This document shows, piece after piece, positions 29,821 through 40,514 of a stretch of 64,000 nucleotides of DNA. The stretch spans positions 960,001 to 1,024,000 of the forward strand of contig CAWCRS010000003.1 of assembly GCA_963798085.1 (NCBI GenBank). Direction: 5' to 3'. The notes under the pieces were generated by a model that ran no database searches, was not told the origin of the DNA, and worked only from the letters and a program-made list of their open reading frames with translations. This DNA comes from an uncultured Gemmatimonadales bacterium (GTDB lineage Bacteria > Gemmatimonadota > Gemmatimonadetes > Longimicrobiales > RSA9). The first letter of the stretch is position 1; every line of letters starts with the position of its first letter. The translations under genes and the position numbers were made by a program.

Positions 29821-30075
29821 TCACTTGCTGGCCGGGTGCGGCCCGGCCTGACTCGCAAAGCGGCTCACGACCCGGAGCAGCAGTATGAACAGCACGGCTA
29901 CGGGAATGGCCAAGAGCAGGCGGCGGGGCTCGACGTGTCCAGCCAGCAGGTGGTTCAGCGTTTCCCACAGGTAGGCCACGATGGGTGTGCCGACCACGAA
30001 GAGCGCGAGTATCGAGAGCATGACCGAGGCCATGCTCGGCGAACCCTTCGCCGCAACGGAGGATCTCTCGTCCAC
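29821..30075 (-). CDS. Small 2-TM protein at head of cba operon (start uncertain)
   Basis: Two hydrophobic helices around YLWETLNHLLAG; stop abuts the cbaD RBS. Confidence 0.6.
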   Translation of the reverse strand: MDERSSVAAKGSPSMASVMLSILALFVVGTPIVAYLWETLNHLLAGHVEPRRLLLAIPVAVLFILLLRVVSRFASQAGPHPASK

Positions 30076-30182
30076 GTCGATTTCCCGGCGATCTGTCGTG
30101 CGTGGCGCGCGCAACCGGCAAGAACTGCGGTGCAATGATAGCGTTGCCGCGGCGTCCCGCTGTCAGGCTTTGCCCTACTGAA

Positions 30183-30971
30183 CTACGGGGATGCCCTGTG
30201 CCCCAACTGCTGACGAGCCGGCACCTGCATCAGCAGGCCGTCGTAGGCGGCGGTCGCGCGCAGCTCAGCGGCGACGTGGTCCGCGTGCTTCAGCACTTCT
30301 TCTCCCATGTGCGTAAGCACGAGCCGCTCGCACTCGAGCGCCGGTCGATGAAGCAGCAGTGTCGCGTAGTCCAGATGAATGCCGACTGGACCGTCGTAGC
30401 CGGACACTTCGCAAATGAAGATGTCGGCGCCGCGCGCGACATCGATGAGCGCTTCGTTCCATTCGGTATCCCCCGAATACGCAATGGTGCAGCCTGCGAA
30501 CTCGATACGCAGTGCGTGCGGCAGCGATGCGGGCGCGTGCGTGACCGGGTAGCCGGTGACGAGCGCCGGTCCCACCTGTACCGGTACGCGGTCGATATAG
30601 TCGACGTACTCGACCGGGAACGGGAAGGTCGCACCCGCACCTGGAAAGAGGACGCTCGTGGCGCTGGCGACGCGCGCGTTCAGTCCCGGTGGGCCACCCA
30701 GCGCCAGCGGCGTGGTGCGGCCGGAGAACCGGCCTTCGGTGAGCAGGAAAGGAACGCCCGCGAAGTGATCGCCGTGGTAGTGGCTGATAATGATGGCATT
30801 GAGCGTGGCCGCGTCGATACCGTGGCGCTTCAGGCCGATCGATGCCGATGCACCGCAATCGATGAGGAAGGACGCGTCTCCGGACCGTACGTGGAAGCAG
30901 GTCTGCAGGCGGCCACCGCTGCCGAACGCATTGCCGGTTCCGAGGAAGCGGATCTCCACGCCCTCACTCAT
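30183..30971 (-). CDS. MBL-fold metallohydrolase (RNase Z/BN-like)
   Basis: FLGTGNAF, LIDCG, SHYHGDH, YSGDT, LTHM, AYDG. Confidence 0.88.
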   Translation of the reverse strand: MSEGVEIRFLGTGNAFGSGGRLQTCFHVRSGDASFLIDCGASASIGLKRHGIDAATLNAIIISHYHGDHFAGVPFLLTEGRFSGRTTPLALGGPPGLNARVASATSVLFPGAGATFPFPVEYVDYIDRVPVQVGPALVTGYPVTHAPASLPHALRIEFAGCTIAYSGDTEWNEALIDVARGADIFICEVSGYDGPVGIHLDYATLLLHRPALECERLVLTHMGEEVLKHADHVAAELRATAAYDGLLMQVPARQQLGHRASP

Positions 30972-32376
30972 GCATCATCGCCTGCGTGCATCAGTCCGCG
31001 TGCGCCTTCTGCAGCTGCGCGGCCACGGCATTCGACCTCGCGCCACACGCGCAGCAGATTGCCGCCCCAGAGCTTCGCGATCTGCTCTTCCGTGTATCCT
31101 CGCCGCACCAGCTCGAGCGTCACGTTGAAGCTCTCCGCGGCATTGTCCCAGCCGATCACGCCGCCACCGCCGTCGAAGTCGGAGCTGATGCCGACGTGGT
31201 CGATGCCGATGAGCTTGACCGCATGGTCGATGTGGTCGACGAAGTCCTTCACCGTGGCCAGCGGATACTGCTTCTCGATCTCTGCCATGCGCCGGTCGTA
31301 CTGGGCGCGCTTGTCGGGCGGGAGCTGCGCGAGCGGATCCTGGCCTCGCCCGGCCCGCCCGCCTCGTCCGGCACCGGCGCCGCCCCTGCCGCGGGCCGCA
31401 TCGGCGCCGCGTCCGCCGCCCGCCGCATTCTGCGGAGGTGCGGCATCCGGCCGCGCCTCGCCCACCGCCGCCGCCCGCACCACCACCCAGGCCGAACTCA
31501 TCGCGCAACCGCTGAATGGCCTGCTGGCGTTCAGGTGGCTGCACCTTCACGTAACTCTGGAACGCGACGGTCTGCATTACGCCGCCGTTCTGCTTCAGTG
31601 CGAGCAGAGTCTCGTCATCCATGTTGCGGGGCACGTCGGCCAGCGCGCGCGTGGACGAGTGCGACGCGATCACGGGCGCCTTCGAGACGCGCATGGCGTG
31701 CAGCGCCGCGGCCTTCGAGATGTGCGAGACGTCCACCATCATGCCCAGCCGGTTCATCTCGGCAACGACGTTCTCGCCGAACGGGGAGAGGCCGTTCCAT
31801 TCGGGACCGCAGGGATCCGTCGACGAGTCCGCGATGTCGTTGTTGGACGTGTGCGCGAGGGTGAGATAGCGACCCCCGAGGTCGTAGTAGGTTTTGAGGA
31901 GTGAGACGTCGTCTCCGATGATGTAGCCGTTTTCCTGACCGATGACCGTGGCCAGCCGGCCGCTGTCGGTGATGCGCTTCACGTCCGCAGGGTGATACGC
32001 GATCTGGATCTGCTGCGGGCACAGCTTCTCCGCCATGGCGTGGATGCCGCGGTACTTGTCCATCGCCTGCGCTTTGGCGCTGTCGTTGCCCGCCGGCGTG
32101 CGCGGGCCCTGACCGACATACACGGCGAAGAACGCGACATTCGAGACCGCCCTGGCGCATCTTCGGGATATCCACCTGCCGCCGGTCCATGGACTGGCAG
32201 GGATTGGCCTCGGCCGTGCCGAAGTTGCGGGGAATGTCATCGTGCGTGTCCATCGTGATCACACGGCGGTGAATCTCCCTCGCCTTCGCCACCAGGGCCG
32301 CATTGTTCTGCGCTACAGCGGGGACGCTGAGGAGCAGCGTCGCGAGCGAAGCGAGCAGCGGAGCACCGATGCGCAT
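30968..32376 (-). CDS. Membrane dipeptidase (M19) with two frameshifts (~32140, ~31430-31490)
   Basis: Signal peptide, MDTHDD, VDIPKMRQGGL, GMMVDVSH, IASHS, PRNMDD, IGIDHVGISSDFDGGG spread over three frames. Confidence 0.88.
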
Positions 32377-32679
32377 GGGACCTCCCGAACACTGGGCGCG
32401 ATTCGCGGCGGAATGGCCCGGCAAGATTAGGCTGGCGGACGCGGTAGCGGAAGTGCTGCAATGCTCTGCACCGAGGCGTGCGTCGAGCCGGCGGCACGTG
32501 GCCGGAGCCGTTGTCACGGAGCCATCGCATCAAAGGCCGGGGTACGAATCGTTGAATTGACACCTGAAGGGCCGGCGAAGCATTTTTCCGGGCGTCCACC
32601 CTGCATGCGCGTCCTGCCGACAGGCTTCCCATCCCGGGTTGATGCGTCGTGGCTTTCCCTGCGTGTTGTGGAGGTGTGG

Positions 32680-33570
32680 GTGAGGGAAGAGGTCCGCCAG
32701 ATCCAGGAACTCCTCGAGCGGCAGTCGTACATCGCGGACCCGGCGATTGCGACATCCGTGTGGCTGTCGACCGCACTGGGAAAACCGCTGCTGGTGGAAG
32801 GACACGCGGGTGTGGGCAAGACGGAAATCGCGAAGGTGCTGGCGCGCGCGCTCGATGCCGACCTCATCAGATTGCAGTGCTACGAAGGACTGGACGCGGC
32901 GGCCGCGCTGTACGAGTGGAATTATGCGCGCCAGATGCTGCACCTCAAGCTGCAGGAGCAGAGCGAGCTGACGGTCGAGCAGCGCGAAGCGTCGATCTTC
33001 TCCGAGTCCTTTCTGCTGAAGCGCCCACTGCTGCAGGCCATCACGCACGAAGGCCGGCCGCCCGTGCTGCTGATCGATGAAGTCGATCGCGCGGACGAGG
33101 AATTCGAGGCCTTCCTGCTCGAGGTGCTGTCCGATTTCCAGGTGACGATTCCGGAGATCGGCACGATTCGCGCGCGGGAACGACCGCGCGTGGTGCTGAC
33201 GTCCAATCGCACGCGCGAACTTTCCGATGCGCTGCGCCGGCGTTGCCTGTTCCTGTGGCTCGACTACCCGACGCTGGAGAAGGAGCTGCGCATTGTGCGC
33301 GCGAAGGTGCCGGGCATTGAGGAGCAGCTGGCGAAGGAGATCACGGCGTTCGTGCAGAGCCTGCGCCGTCTGAGCCTGAGCAAGGTACCGGGCATCGCGG
33401 AAACACTGGATTGGGCGAATGCGCTGGTGTCGCTGCACGCGTCGCACATTGATGAGACGCTGGTGCGTGAAACGCTGGGCTGCCTGCTCAAGGAAGAAGG
33501 CGATGCGCGCCGGCTGGAGAGCGCGCTCGTCGAGCCGGGGCTGACGGTGCTGCTGCAGGCGACGCTGTGA
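32680..33570 (+). CDS. coxD: MoxR-type AAA+ ATPase (CoxD-like)
   Basis: GHAGVGKT Walker A, RLQCYEGLD, LLIDEVD Walker B, DALRRRC; GGAGG RBS. Confidence 0.85.
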   Translation: MREEVRQIQELLERQSYIADPAIATSVWLSTALGKPLLVEGHAGVGKTEIAKVLARALDADLIRLQCYEGLDAAAALYEWNYARQMLHLKLQEQSELTVEQREASIFSESFLLKRPLLQAITHEGRPPVLLIDEVDRADEEFEAFLLEVLSDFQVTIPEIGTIRARERPRVVLTSNRTRELSDALRRRCLFLWLDYPTLEKELRIVRAKVPGIEEQLAKEITAFVQSLRRLSLSKVPGIAETLDWANALVSLHASHIDETLVRETLGCLLKEEGDARRLESALVEPGLTVLLQATL

Positions 33571-33583
33571 GCGGTGGCCGCGC

Positions 33584-34711
33584 GTGACCGGTGCGATGGA
33601 TGCAGGTCAGGATGACCTGGTGACGACAACGATCCGCTTCGGTCGCGCACTGCGCGCGCGGGGCTTCATTGCGTCGCCTGCGGAAACACAGGATGCGGTG
33701 CGCACGCTGGCACTGGTGGATCTGCGTGACCGCGGCGAATTGCGGCTGGCACTGCGTGCGCTGCTCGCGCTGCGGCCCGAGGAGTATCCGGTTTTCGATG
33801 AGCTTTTCCCGCGGTTCTTCGGCGGGGGTGTGCCGGCAGGTGAAGGCGCGAACCCTTCGCAGCGCGGCAAGCCGCAGACGGTGCCCGCACCGGCGCTCGA
33901 GCGCTGGGTGGACCCCGGCACGTACGAAACGGCGGGCGAAGTGAAGCTGGCCTCGTACAGCTCGGAGGAAGCGCGTGGTGTCCGGGACCTCGCACGTTAC
34001 GCGGGCGAGGATGCGGACGAGCTCCGGCGGGTGGCGAGGCAGATGGCAAGGCGACTCGCCACGCGGCGCAGCCGGCGGTGGCGGCCGGCACGACGCGGTC
34101 CGAGAGTGCACGCGCAGCGCACCATGCGCGCGGCACTGCGCGCGGGCGGCACGCCCATTGAGCTGACGTGGCGCCGGCGCCGCATCCGCAAGACGCGGCT
34201 GGTGGTGCTCTGCGATGTTTCCGGATCGATGGAAGTGTATGCACGCTTCCTGCTGCAGTTCCTGTATGCGATGCAGGATGCGTTCGCACGGGTGGAGACG
34301 TTCGTGTTCAGCACGCGACTGGCCAGGGTGACGGACCGCCTGCGAACACGCACGTTCGCAGAGGCATTGCGCGGCCTGTCCGCGGATGCGGGCGGGTTTG
34401 CGGGCGGTACGCGCATTGGCGCTAGCCTGGCCGCGTTCGAGGCGGAGCACGGGCGGCTCGTGAATCGCGACACCGTAGTGGTGATACTGAGTGACGGCTG
34501 GGATACGGGCGAACCGGAACTGCTCGCGGCGGCCATGCGGGGGATCCACCGTCGTGCCGGGAAGGTAATCTGGCTCAATCCGCTGCTGGGCAATCCCGCG
34601 TATCAGCCGCTCACGCGCGGCATGCAGGCGGCATTGCCGCACGTTGACGTCTTCGCACCAGCGCATGACCTGGCGAGTCTGCGCGCGCTGGTGCGGCATC
34701 TCGAGGTGTGA
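33584..34711 (+). CDS. coxE: vWA-domain protein (CoxE-like)
   Basis: CDVSGSM MIDAS, FSTRL, GGTRIG, ILSDGWD, WLNPL. Confidence 0.87.
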   Translation: MTGAMDAGQDDLVTTTIRFGRALRARGFIASPAETQDAVRTLALVDLRDRGELRLALRALLALRPEEYPVFDELFPRFFGGGVPAGEGANPSQRGKPQTVPAPALERWVDPGTYETAGEVKLASYSSEEARGVRDLARYAGEDADELRRVARQMARRLATRRSRRWRPARRGPRVHAQRTMRAALRAGGTPIELTWRRRRIRKTRLVVLCDVSGSMEVYARFLLQFLYAMQDAFARVETFVFSTRLARVTDRLRTRTFAEALRGLSADAGGFAGGTRIGASLAAFEAEHGRLVNRDTVVVILSDGWDTGEPELLAAAMRGIHRRAGKVIWLNPLLGNPAYQPLTRGMQAALPHVDVFAPAHDLASLRALVRHLEV

Positions 34712-35841
34712 CGCAGAAAATGACAGACGCATTCGATGATCTGGACCGCATCCGGCGGAGCGAGCGGCGCGCGGCTCTGGCCACACTGGTGGCGACACGT
34801 GGCACATCGCCGCGCAAGGAAGGCGCGCGCATGTGGGTGGGCGAAGGTGGGTCCATCCTGGGTAATGTGACGATTGGCGGTTGTGTGGACGCGGAGGTCG
34901 TGCGTGTGGCGGAAGACGTGCTGCGCGCATTGTCGCCCGCCTTGCTTTCGCTCGAGCTGGGCGATGACGACGCGCACGAGCTGGGGCTGACGTGCGCGGG
35001 CGAGGTGGATGTCCTGGTGCAGCAGCTGAACCTGGCCGGCGATGACCCGCTGCTGGAAGCGTGGGACCGCATCCGCGCGCACACGACGCGCGGCGGACGC
35101 GCCGTGATGATCACGCTGCTGCCCGACGGGTCACTGCGCACGCCGGAACGCGGTGCAGGCGTGCTGGTGGTGCAGGATGACGGTGCGCGCTGGGGCACGC
35201 TGGGCAGCGCCGCCCTGGACGCGGCGGCCGTACCCATGGCGGAGGAGCGGCTGGCGCGCGGCGGCGCGCGCACGCTGCAGATCCAGCACGCGGGCCGGTC
35301 ACTGGATGCGTATTTCGAGGTGTACGGCCGCGGGCCATCGCTGGTCATTGTGGGCGCCGGCGCGATCACTGCGCCTCTCGCGACCATGGCCAGGCTGCTG
35401 GGCTACCACGTGACAGTCGTGGACGCACGCGAGCGCTTCGCGGGTCACGAGCGCGTGCCCGATGCGGATGAGATGAAGGTGGGCATGCCCTCGGACATCG
35501 TCGGCGAGATGGAGTTCGATGCGTCCTCGGCCATCGTGCTGGTGGCGCACGACTACAAGTTCGACATCCCGGTGCTGCGCGCGGTACTGGGAACCGATGT
35601 CGGCTACATTGGCATGCTGGGCAGTCGCAAGCGATCGGGCACGATCCTGCAGATGCTCGAAGAAGAGGGCGCAGCAGCCGCCTCGCTGGCGCGCGTGCGC
35701 ACGCCCATCGGCCTGGACATCGGCAGTCAGAGCGCGGCGGAGATCGCGCTCAGCATTCTGGCGGAACTGGTGGCGGTGCGGAACGGCCGGAGCGGCGGTT
35801 CCATGCGCGCGCGCAACGACGCGCGCAGCGCCGGCGCCTGA
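34708..35841 (+). CDS. xdhC: XdhC/CoxI-family molybdoenzyme maturation factor
   Basis: GTSPRKEGA, IGGCVD, GLTCAG, YIGMLGS, PIGLDIG..AEIALSI. Confidence 0.9.
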   Translation: MTQKMTDAFDDLDRIRRSERRAALATLVATRGTSPRKEGARMWVGEGGSILGNVTIGGCVDAEVVRVAEDVLRALSPALLSLELGDDDAHELGLTCAGEVDVLVQQLNLAGDDPLLEAWDRIRAHTTRGGRAVMITLLPDGSLRTPERGAGVLVVQDDGARWGTLGSAALDAAAVPMAEERLARGGARTLQIQHAGRSLDAYFEVYGRGPSLVIVGAGAITAPLATMARLLGYHVTVVDARERFAGHERVPDADEMKVGMPSDIVGEMEFDASSAIVLVAHDYKFDIPVLRAVLGTDVGYIGMLGSRKRSGTILQMLEEEGAAAASLARVRTPIGLDIGSQSAAEIALSILAELVAVRNGRSGGSMRARNDARSAGA

Positions 35842-35857
35842 ACTGCCGCCCGGTCCC

Positions 35858-36226
35858 ATGTACAGTGCCATCATCCTCGAACATTTCCGCCATCCGCGGA
35901 ACCGCGGCGAGCTGCCGGGCGCGGACCTGTCCGGCGAGGCGCACAATCCGCTGTGCGGCGACCGGCTGCGGCTGGCGCTGCGCCTGGAGAACGGTGTCAT
36001 ACGGGAAGCGCGCTTCCACGCGGATGCCTGCGCGATCTGCACGGCGGCGGCATCGCTGCTGACAGAGCGCATCAGCGGGCTCGCTCCGGCAGCGGCTGCG
36101 GACCTGGCGGAAGCCGAGCTGATCAACGCACTGGATGCCGAGATCCGACCCGAGCGCCGCCGCTGCGCCACGCTGCCGCTGGAGGCGCTGCGCGCGGCCG
36201 TGGAGGCCGGTGGCACGAGTCATTGA
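35858..36226 (+). CDS. IscU/SufU/NifU-N-like scaffold or sulfur-transfer protein
   Basis: YSAIILEHFRHPRNRG, NPLCGD, CAICTAAAS, RRRCATLP. Confidence 0.85.
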   Translation: MYSAIILEHFRHPRNRGELPGADLSGEAHNPLCGDRLRLALRLENGVIREARFHADACAICTAAASLLTERISGLAPAAAADLAEAELINALDAEIRPERRRCATLPLEALRAAVEAGGTSH

Positions 36227-36272
36227 CACGTCGATCTGCGAGAACCCGCATCCCTCAAACAGGAGGTTAGTG

Positions 36273-37059
36273 ATGTCCGATCCCAAGGCAAGAGGCCGCT
36301 TCGTGTGGTACGACCTGCTCACGTCCGACCCCGAGGCGGCGATCCGGTTCTACACGACGGTGGTGGGCTGGGGCACGACGAAGTGGGATGGCGGCGGCGG
36401 CCAGGAATACACCATGTGGACCAACGGCGAGAGTCCGCTGGGCGGGGTGATGCCCATGCCGCCCAATGTCGCCGCAACGGGCGCGCCCCCGCACTGGATC
36501 GCATACATTCGGCACGCCGGACACGGATGCCACGGCGAAGCAGGCGCGGGCGCTGGGCGGCCAGGTGCTCTCGCCGCCCATGGACATTCCCACCGTGGGC
36601 CGCTGGGCCGTACTGTCGGATCCGCAGGGTGCAATGTTCGCCGCGTTCACGTCGGTGGGCGATGCGCCCGGTCACGATGGCGCGCCCGGGCCGGGCGAAT
36701 TCTCCTGGCACGAGCTGGCAACGACGGACGCCGACGCCGCGTTCGACTTCTACCAGCAGCTGTTCGGCTGGGAGAAGACCGACGCGATGGACATGGGTCC
36801 GGACGGCATGTATCAGATGTACGGTCGCAACGGCCTGACCGTCGGCGGCATGTTCCGCAAGCCGGCGCAAATGCCGGGCCCGCCCTCCTGGCTGCATTAC
36901 GCCCTGGTGGATGACGTGCACGCGCGCGTGGAGACCGTGAAGCAGCTGAACGGCCAGGTGCTGAACGGCCCCATGGAGGTGCCGGGTGGCGACTGGATCG
37001 CGCAGCTCATGGATCCGCAGGGCGCGATGTTCGCGATTCACTCGAAGGCGAAGAAGTAG
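36273..37059 (+). CDS. Two-domain VOC/glyoxalase family protein (frameshift near 36508)
   Basis: AGGAGG RBS; FVWYDL..DPEAAIRFY and FSWHEL..DAAFDFY, two DPQGA motifs. Confidence 0.88.
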
Positions 37060-37283
37060 CAGGTGTACTAACACACAGATTTAGCAGCTGGTCGCGCACC
37101 CGCGCGGCCGCACTGGAGCCCGCGGCGCTCACGCGCGCGCGGGCTCCACTGCATCGTCCCGCCATGTTTCTCCCTACACGTGCCCGGCAATTCGCTTACA
37201 GGCGGGCGGGGCATTTTCCTCCACGCGGGTAGTAGCGCGCCCCACGCTGGCAGCGGCAAAGGGCTGATTATGGTGGCGTGCTG

Positions 37284-37313
37284 AAATCCCATATTTACAT
37301 GTGAGTTTCACAT
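37284..37313. promoter_or_regulatory. AT-rich palindromic operator candidate upstream of rrf2/nos
   Basis: AAATCCCATATTTACATGTGAGTT imperfect dyad (16/24) overlapping perfect ATGTGA-GTT-TCACAT (37299-37313). Confidence 0.45.
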
Positions 37314-37328
37314 TTTGCGGAGCAGGAG

Positions 37329-37838
37329 ATGCTGTCACGGACTGGTGAACACGCACTGCGCGCCGTGCTGTACCTGGCGAGGCTGCCCGAGGGAAGCAGT
37401 CTGGCGGCGGCGGAGATTGCCGACGCACTCGGGCTGCCGCGCAACTACCTGTCGAAGACGCTGCACCGGCTGACGCGCATTGGCGTGCTGGTTTCGGAGC
37501 GCGGCCGCAACGGCGGCTTCCGCCTGGGCCGGTCTGCTGCCTCGCTGCCGGTGTCCACAGTGATCGGCGAATTCGAGACCACGATCACGACCGGCGGCCG
37601 CTGCATGCTGGGCGATCGTCCGTGCGACCCGCAGTCTCCCTGTGTGGCGCACGAACGCTGGACAACGCTGACCGGCCAGCTGCTGCGCCTCCTCTCCGAC
37701 ACGACCGTCGCCGGTCTGCTGGGCGCCACGGAAGCGGCGCCTGCAACTGGCCCTGTGACGCGCGGGCACACCAGACGAGCGGGCAAGCCGGCCACGGCCG
37801 GCGCTGGCGCCACGCAATCCTCGAACACGCTGTTATAG
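37329..37838 (+). CDS. Rrf2-family regulator with Cys ligands
   Basis: HALRAVLYLA, NYLSKTL, RGRNGGFRL, CMLGDRPCDPQSPCVAH. Confidence 0.9.
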   Translation: MLSRTGEHALRAVLYLARLPEGSSLAAAEIADALGLPRNYLSKTLHRLTRIGVLVSERGRNGGFRLGRSAASLPVSTVIGEFETTITTGGRCMLGDRPCDPQSPCVAHERWTTLTGQLLRLLSDTTVAGLLGATEAAPATGPVTRGHTRRAGKPATAGAGATQSSNTLL

Positions 37839-37855
37839 ATCAGGAGATGCGTTCC

Positions 37856-38356
37856 ATGACTGGCAGGCAATGGACGGTATGGGTGGGCACGGGACTGGTA
37901 CTGGGCGGAGCGCTGGCGTGCGGCGGTTCACAGAAGGCGCCCGCCACGAACACTGCGGCCTCGCCGCCCGCGGCCGGCGCCACGCTGACGCCGGAGCAGA
38001 TGGAGCACGGCGTAGGCCCGATCACCCATGTGGATCTGGGAACTCTGGATCACGCGCTGGCCGAGAAGGGCCACAACGTGTTCAGCCTGAAGTGCGCGGC
38101 TTGCCACAAGATGGACCAGCGCTACGTGGGCCCGCCCCTGGGCCAGGTGCTGGAGCGGCGCAAGCCGGAGTACGTGATGAACATGATCCTCAATCCCGCG
38201 GAAATGACGGAAAAGCATCCGGCTGCGAAGGAGTTGCTCGCGCAGTTCATGACGCAGATGCCGAATCAGCAGCTGACGCCGGATGACGCGCGCGCAGTGC
38301 TCGAGTATCTGCGTTCGCAGCAGATCCCGGGCAAGCAGGACACGAATGACAGGTAG
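37856..38356 (+). CDS. Monoheme c-type cytochrome lipoprotein of the nos cluster
   Basis: ALAC lipobox, GVGPI, CAACH, VGPPL, MILNP, QMP distal Met. Confidence 0.88.
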   Translation: MTGRQWTVWVGTGLVLGGALACGGSQKAPATNTAASPPAAGATLTPEQMEHGVGPITHVDLGTLDHALAEKGHNVFSLKCAACHKMDQRYVGPPLGQVLERRKPEYVMNMILNPAEMTEKHPAAKELLAQFMTQMPNQQLTPDDARAVLEYLRSQQIPGKQDTNDR

Positions 38357-38427
38357 TCGGACCCGGCCGTAACCCGGGGAACTCACGCGTCGCAACGTGG
38401 CGGCGATGCACGATCTGGAGAAACGCG

Positions 38428-40420
38428 ATGAAACGGACGACGAGCCTGGTTCTGGCGGTGGGCGCAGCGGCTGCGGCCGGCGCAATCGCCTGGGCGTGTC
38501 AGTCGGGAGGCGGAGCGCAGGGCTCCGTCGGATGCGGATGCAGCGAAGGCCGTGTACGTGCCACCCGGCCAGTACGATGAGTTCTACACCTTCTTCTCGG
38601 GCGGCTTCAGCGGCAATCTCACCGTGTACGGACTGCCTTCAGGGCGGCTGCTGCGCACGATTCCGGTATTCTCGCAGTACGCCGAGAACGGCTACGGCTA
38701 TTCGGAGGAGACGAAGGCCATGTTGAGTACGTCCTTCGGCCAGATCCCGTGGGACGACGCGCACCATCCGGAACTGTCGCAGACGGACGGCGTCCCGGAT
38801 GGCCGCTGGATCTTCATCAATGGCAACAACACGCCGCGCATCGCGCGCATCGACCTGACGCGCTTCGAGACGGAAGAGATCCTGCAGATCCCCAATTCGG
38901 CGGGCAACCACGGTTCGCCGTTCATCACTCCTAACAGCGAGTATGTCATTGCGGCGACACGCTTCAGCGTGCCCATTCCCAACCGCGATGTGTCCATCGA
39001 CGACTATCAGAGCCAGTTCAAGGGCACACTTACGTTCGTGCGTGCGAACGAGCCGGGAAAGATGTCGATCGCGTTCCAGATCCTGGTGCCGGGTTTCGAT
39101 TACGACCTGTCGCATGCGGGCAAGGGACCGTCCAATGGCTGGGCCTTCTTCACCTCGTACAACACCGAGCAGGCGCACTCGCTGCTCGAAGTCAACGCCT
39201 CGCAGAAGGACAAGGACTTCATTGCGGCGGTGAACTGGAAGCGCGCGGAGGAGTGCGTGGCGCAGGGCAAGGGCCGGCAGATGCCCGCCGACTATGCCCA
39301 CAACACACTGGGCCAGGACCGCATTGCGCACAGTGAGAAGCTGACCAGCGTGACCGTGCTGGAGGTGGGCGCCTGCTCCGACATGATGTACTTCCTGCCC
39401 ACACCCAAGTCACCGCACGGCGTCAATGTGGATCCCACGGGCGAGTACATCGTGGGCGGTGGCAAACTGGCCACGGTCATACCGGTGCACTCCTTCAGCA
39501 AGATGATCAAGGCCATCGCGAACAAGGATTTCGAGACCACGGTCAATGGCATTCCGGTGCTGAAGTACGAGTCGGTGATGGCGGGCGAAGTGCAGAATCC
39601 GGGACTGGGACCCCTGCACACGGAGTTCGACGGCAAGGGTTACGCGTACACCACCGCGTTCATCTCGTCGGAGATCGTGAAGTGGAAGCTGGGCACGTGG
39701 GAAGTCGTCGACCGGATTCCGGTCTATTACTCGGTGGGCCACCTGATGATTCCGGGTGGTGACAGCCGCCAGCCCGCGGGCAAGTACCTGGTCGCGCTCA
39801 ACAAGATCACCAAGGACCGCTATCTGCCCACCGGTCCGGAACTGGCGCAGGCCGCCCAGCTGATCGACATCAGCGGCGACAAGATGCGGCTGCTCCTCGA
39901 CTTTCCCACCATGGGCGAACCGCACTATGCACAGGGTATCGCGGCCAGTCTGATCAAGGACCGGCAGCTCAAGGTCTACGCGCTCGAGGACAACAAGAAC
40001 CCGGCGGTCACGCTGGGCGAGGATCGCGCGCACGTCGAGCGCAAAGGCAATGAAGTGCACGTCTACATGACGGCGATCCGCTCGCACTTCAATCCGGACA
40101 ACATCGAAGGCATCAAGGTCGGTGACGTTGTCTACTTCCATGTTACGAACCTCGAGCAGGACTGGGATGTGCCGCACGGCTTCGCGGCCATGGGCGCGCA
40201 GAACGCGGAGCTGCTGATCATGCCGGGTGAGACGCGCACGCTGCGCTGGGAGCCGAAGGCGCCGGGTGTGTATCCCTTCTACTGCACTGATTTCTGCTCG
40301 GCACTGCACCAGGAAATGCAGGGCTACGCGCGGGTCTCGGCCGCGGGGTCGAATGTGGCGCTACGCTGGGGCACGGGTGGCAGCTGGACGACCAGCGCGT
40401 CCGTGGCAGGCGGCAACTGA
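38428..40420 (+). CDS. nosZ: Nitrous-oxide reductase, clade II (Sec/lipoprotein signal; frameshift near 38530)
   Basis: CuZ His motifs DAHHP, GNHG, SPHG, GPLH, VGHL, EPH; CuA HGF and FYCTDFCSALHQEM; signal MKRTTSLVLAV..AWAC without a Tat motif lies in another frame. Confidence 0.95.
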
Positions 40421-40514
40421 CGTTCGAGGGGCGATGTCGTCACACACGACATCGCCCCTCCCGGTTTCCGGCGGCGTGAGCCGCCCACGTTCCCATGAGG
40501 ACAGAGAAAAGACG

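Noticed and set aside
31340..31490. Gly/Arg-rich repeat-like stretch
   Set aside because: Low-complexity insert within the dipeptidase coding sequence, not an independent repeat element
38428..38552. nosZ as a pseudogene or a signal-less cytoplasmic enzyme
   Set aside because: An RBS and lipoprotein signal exist one frame away and all Cu ligands are intact; most likely a sequencing indel
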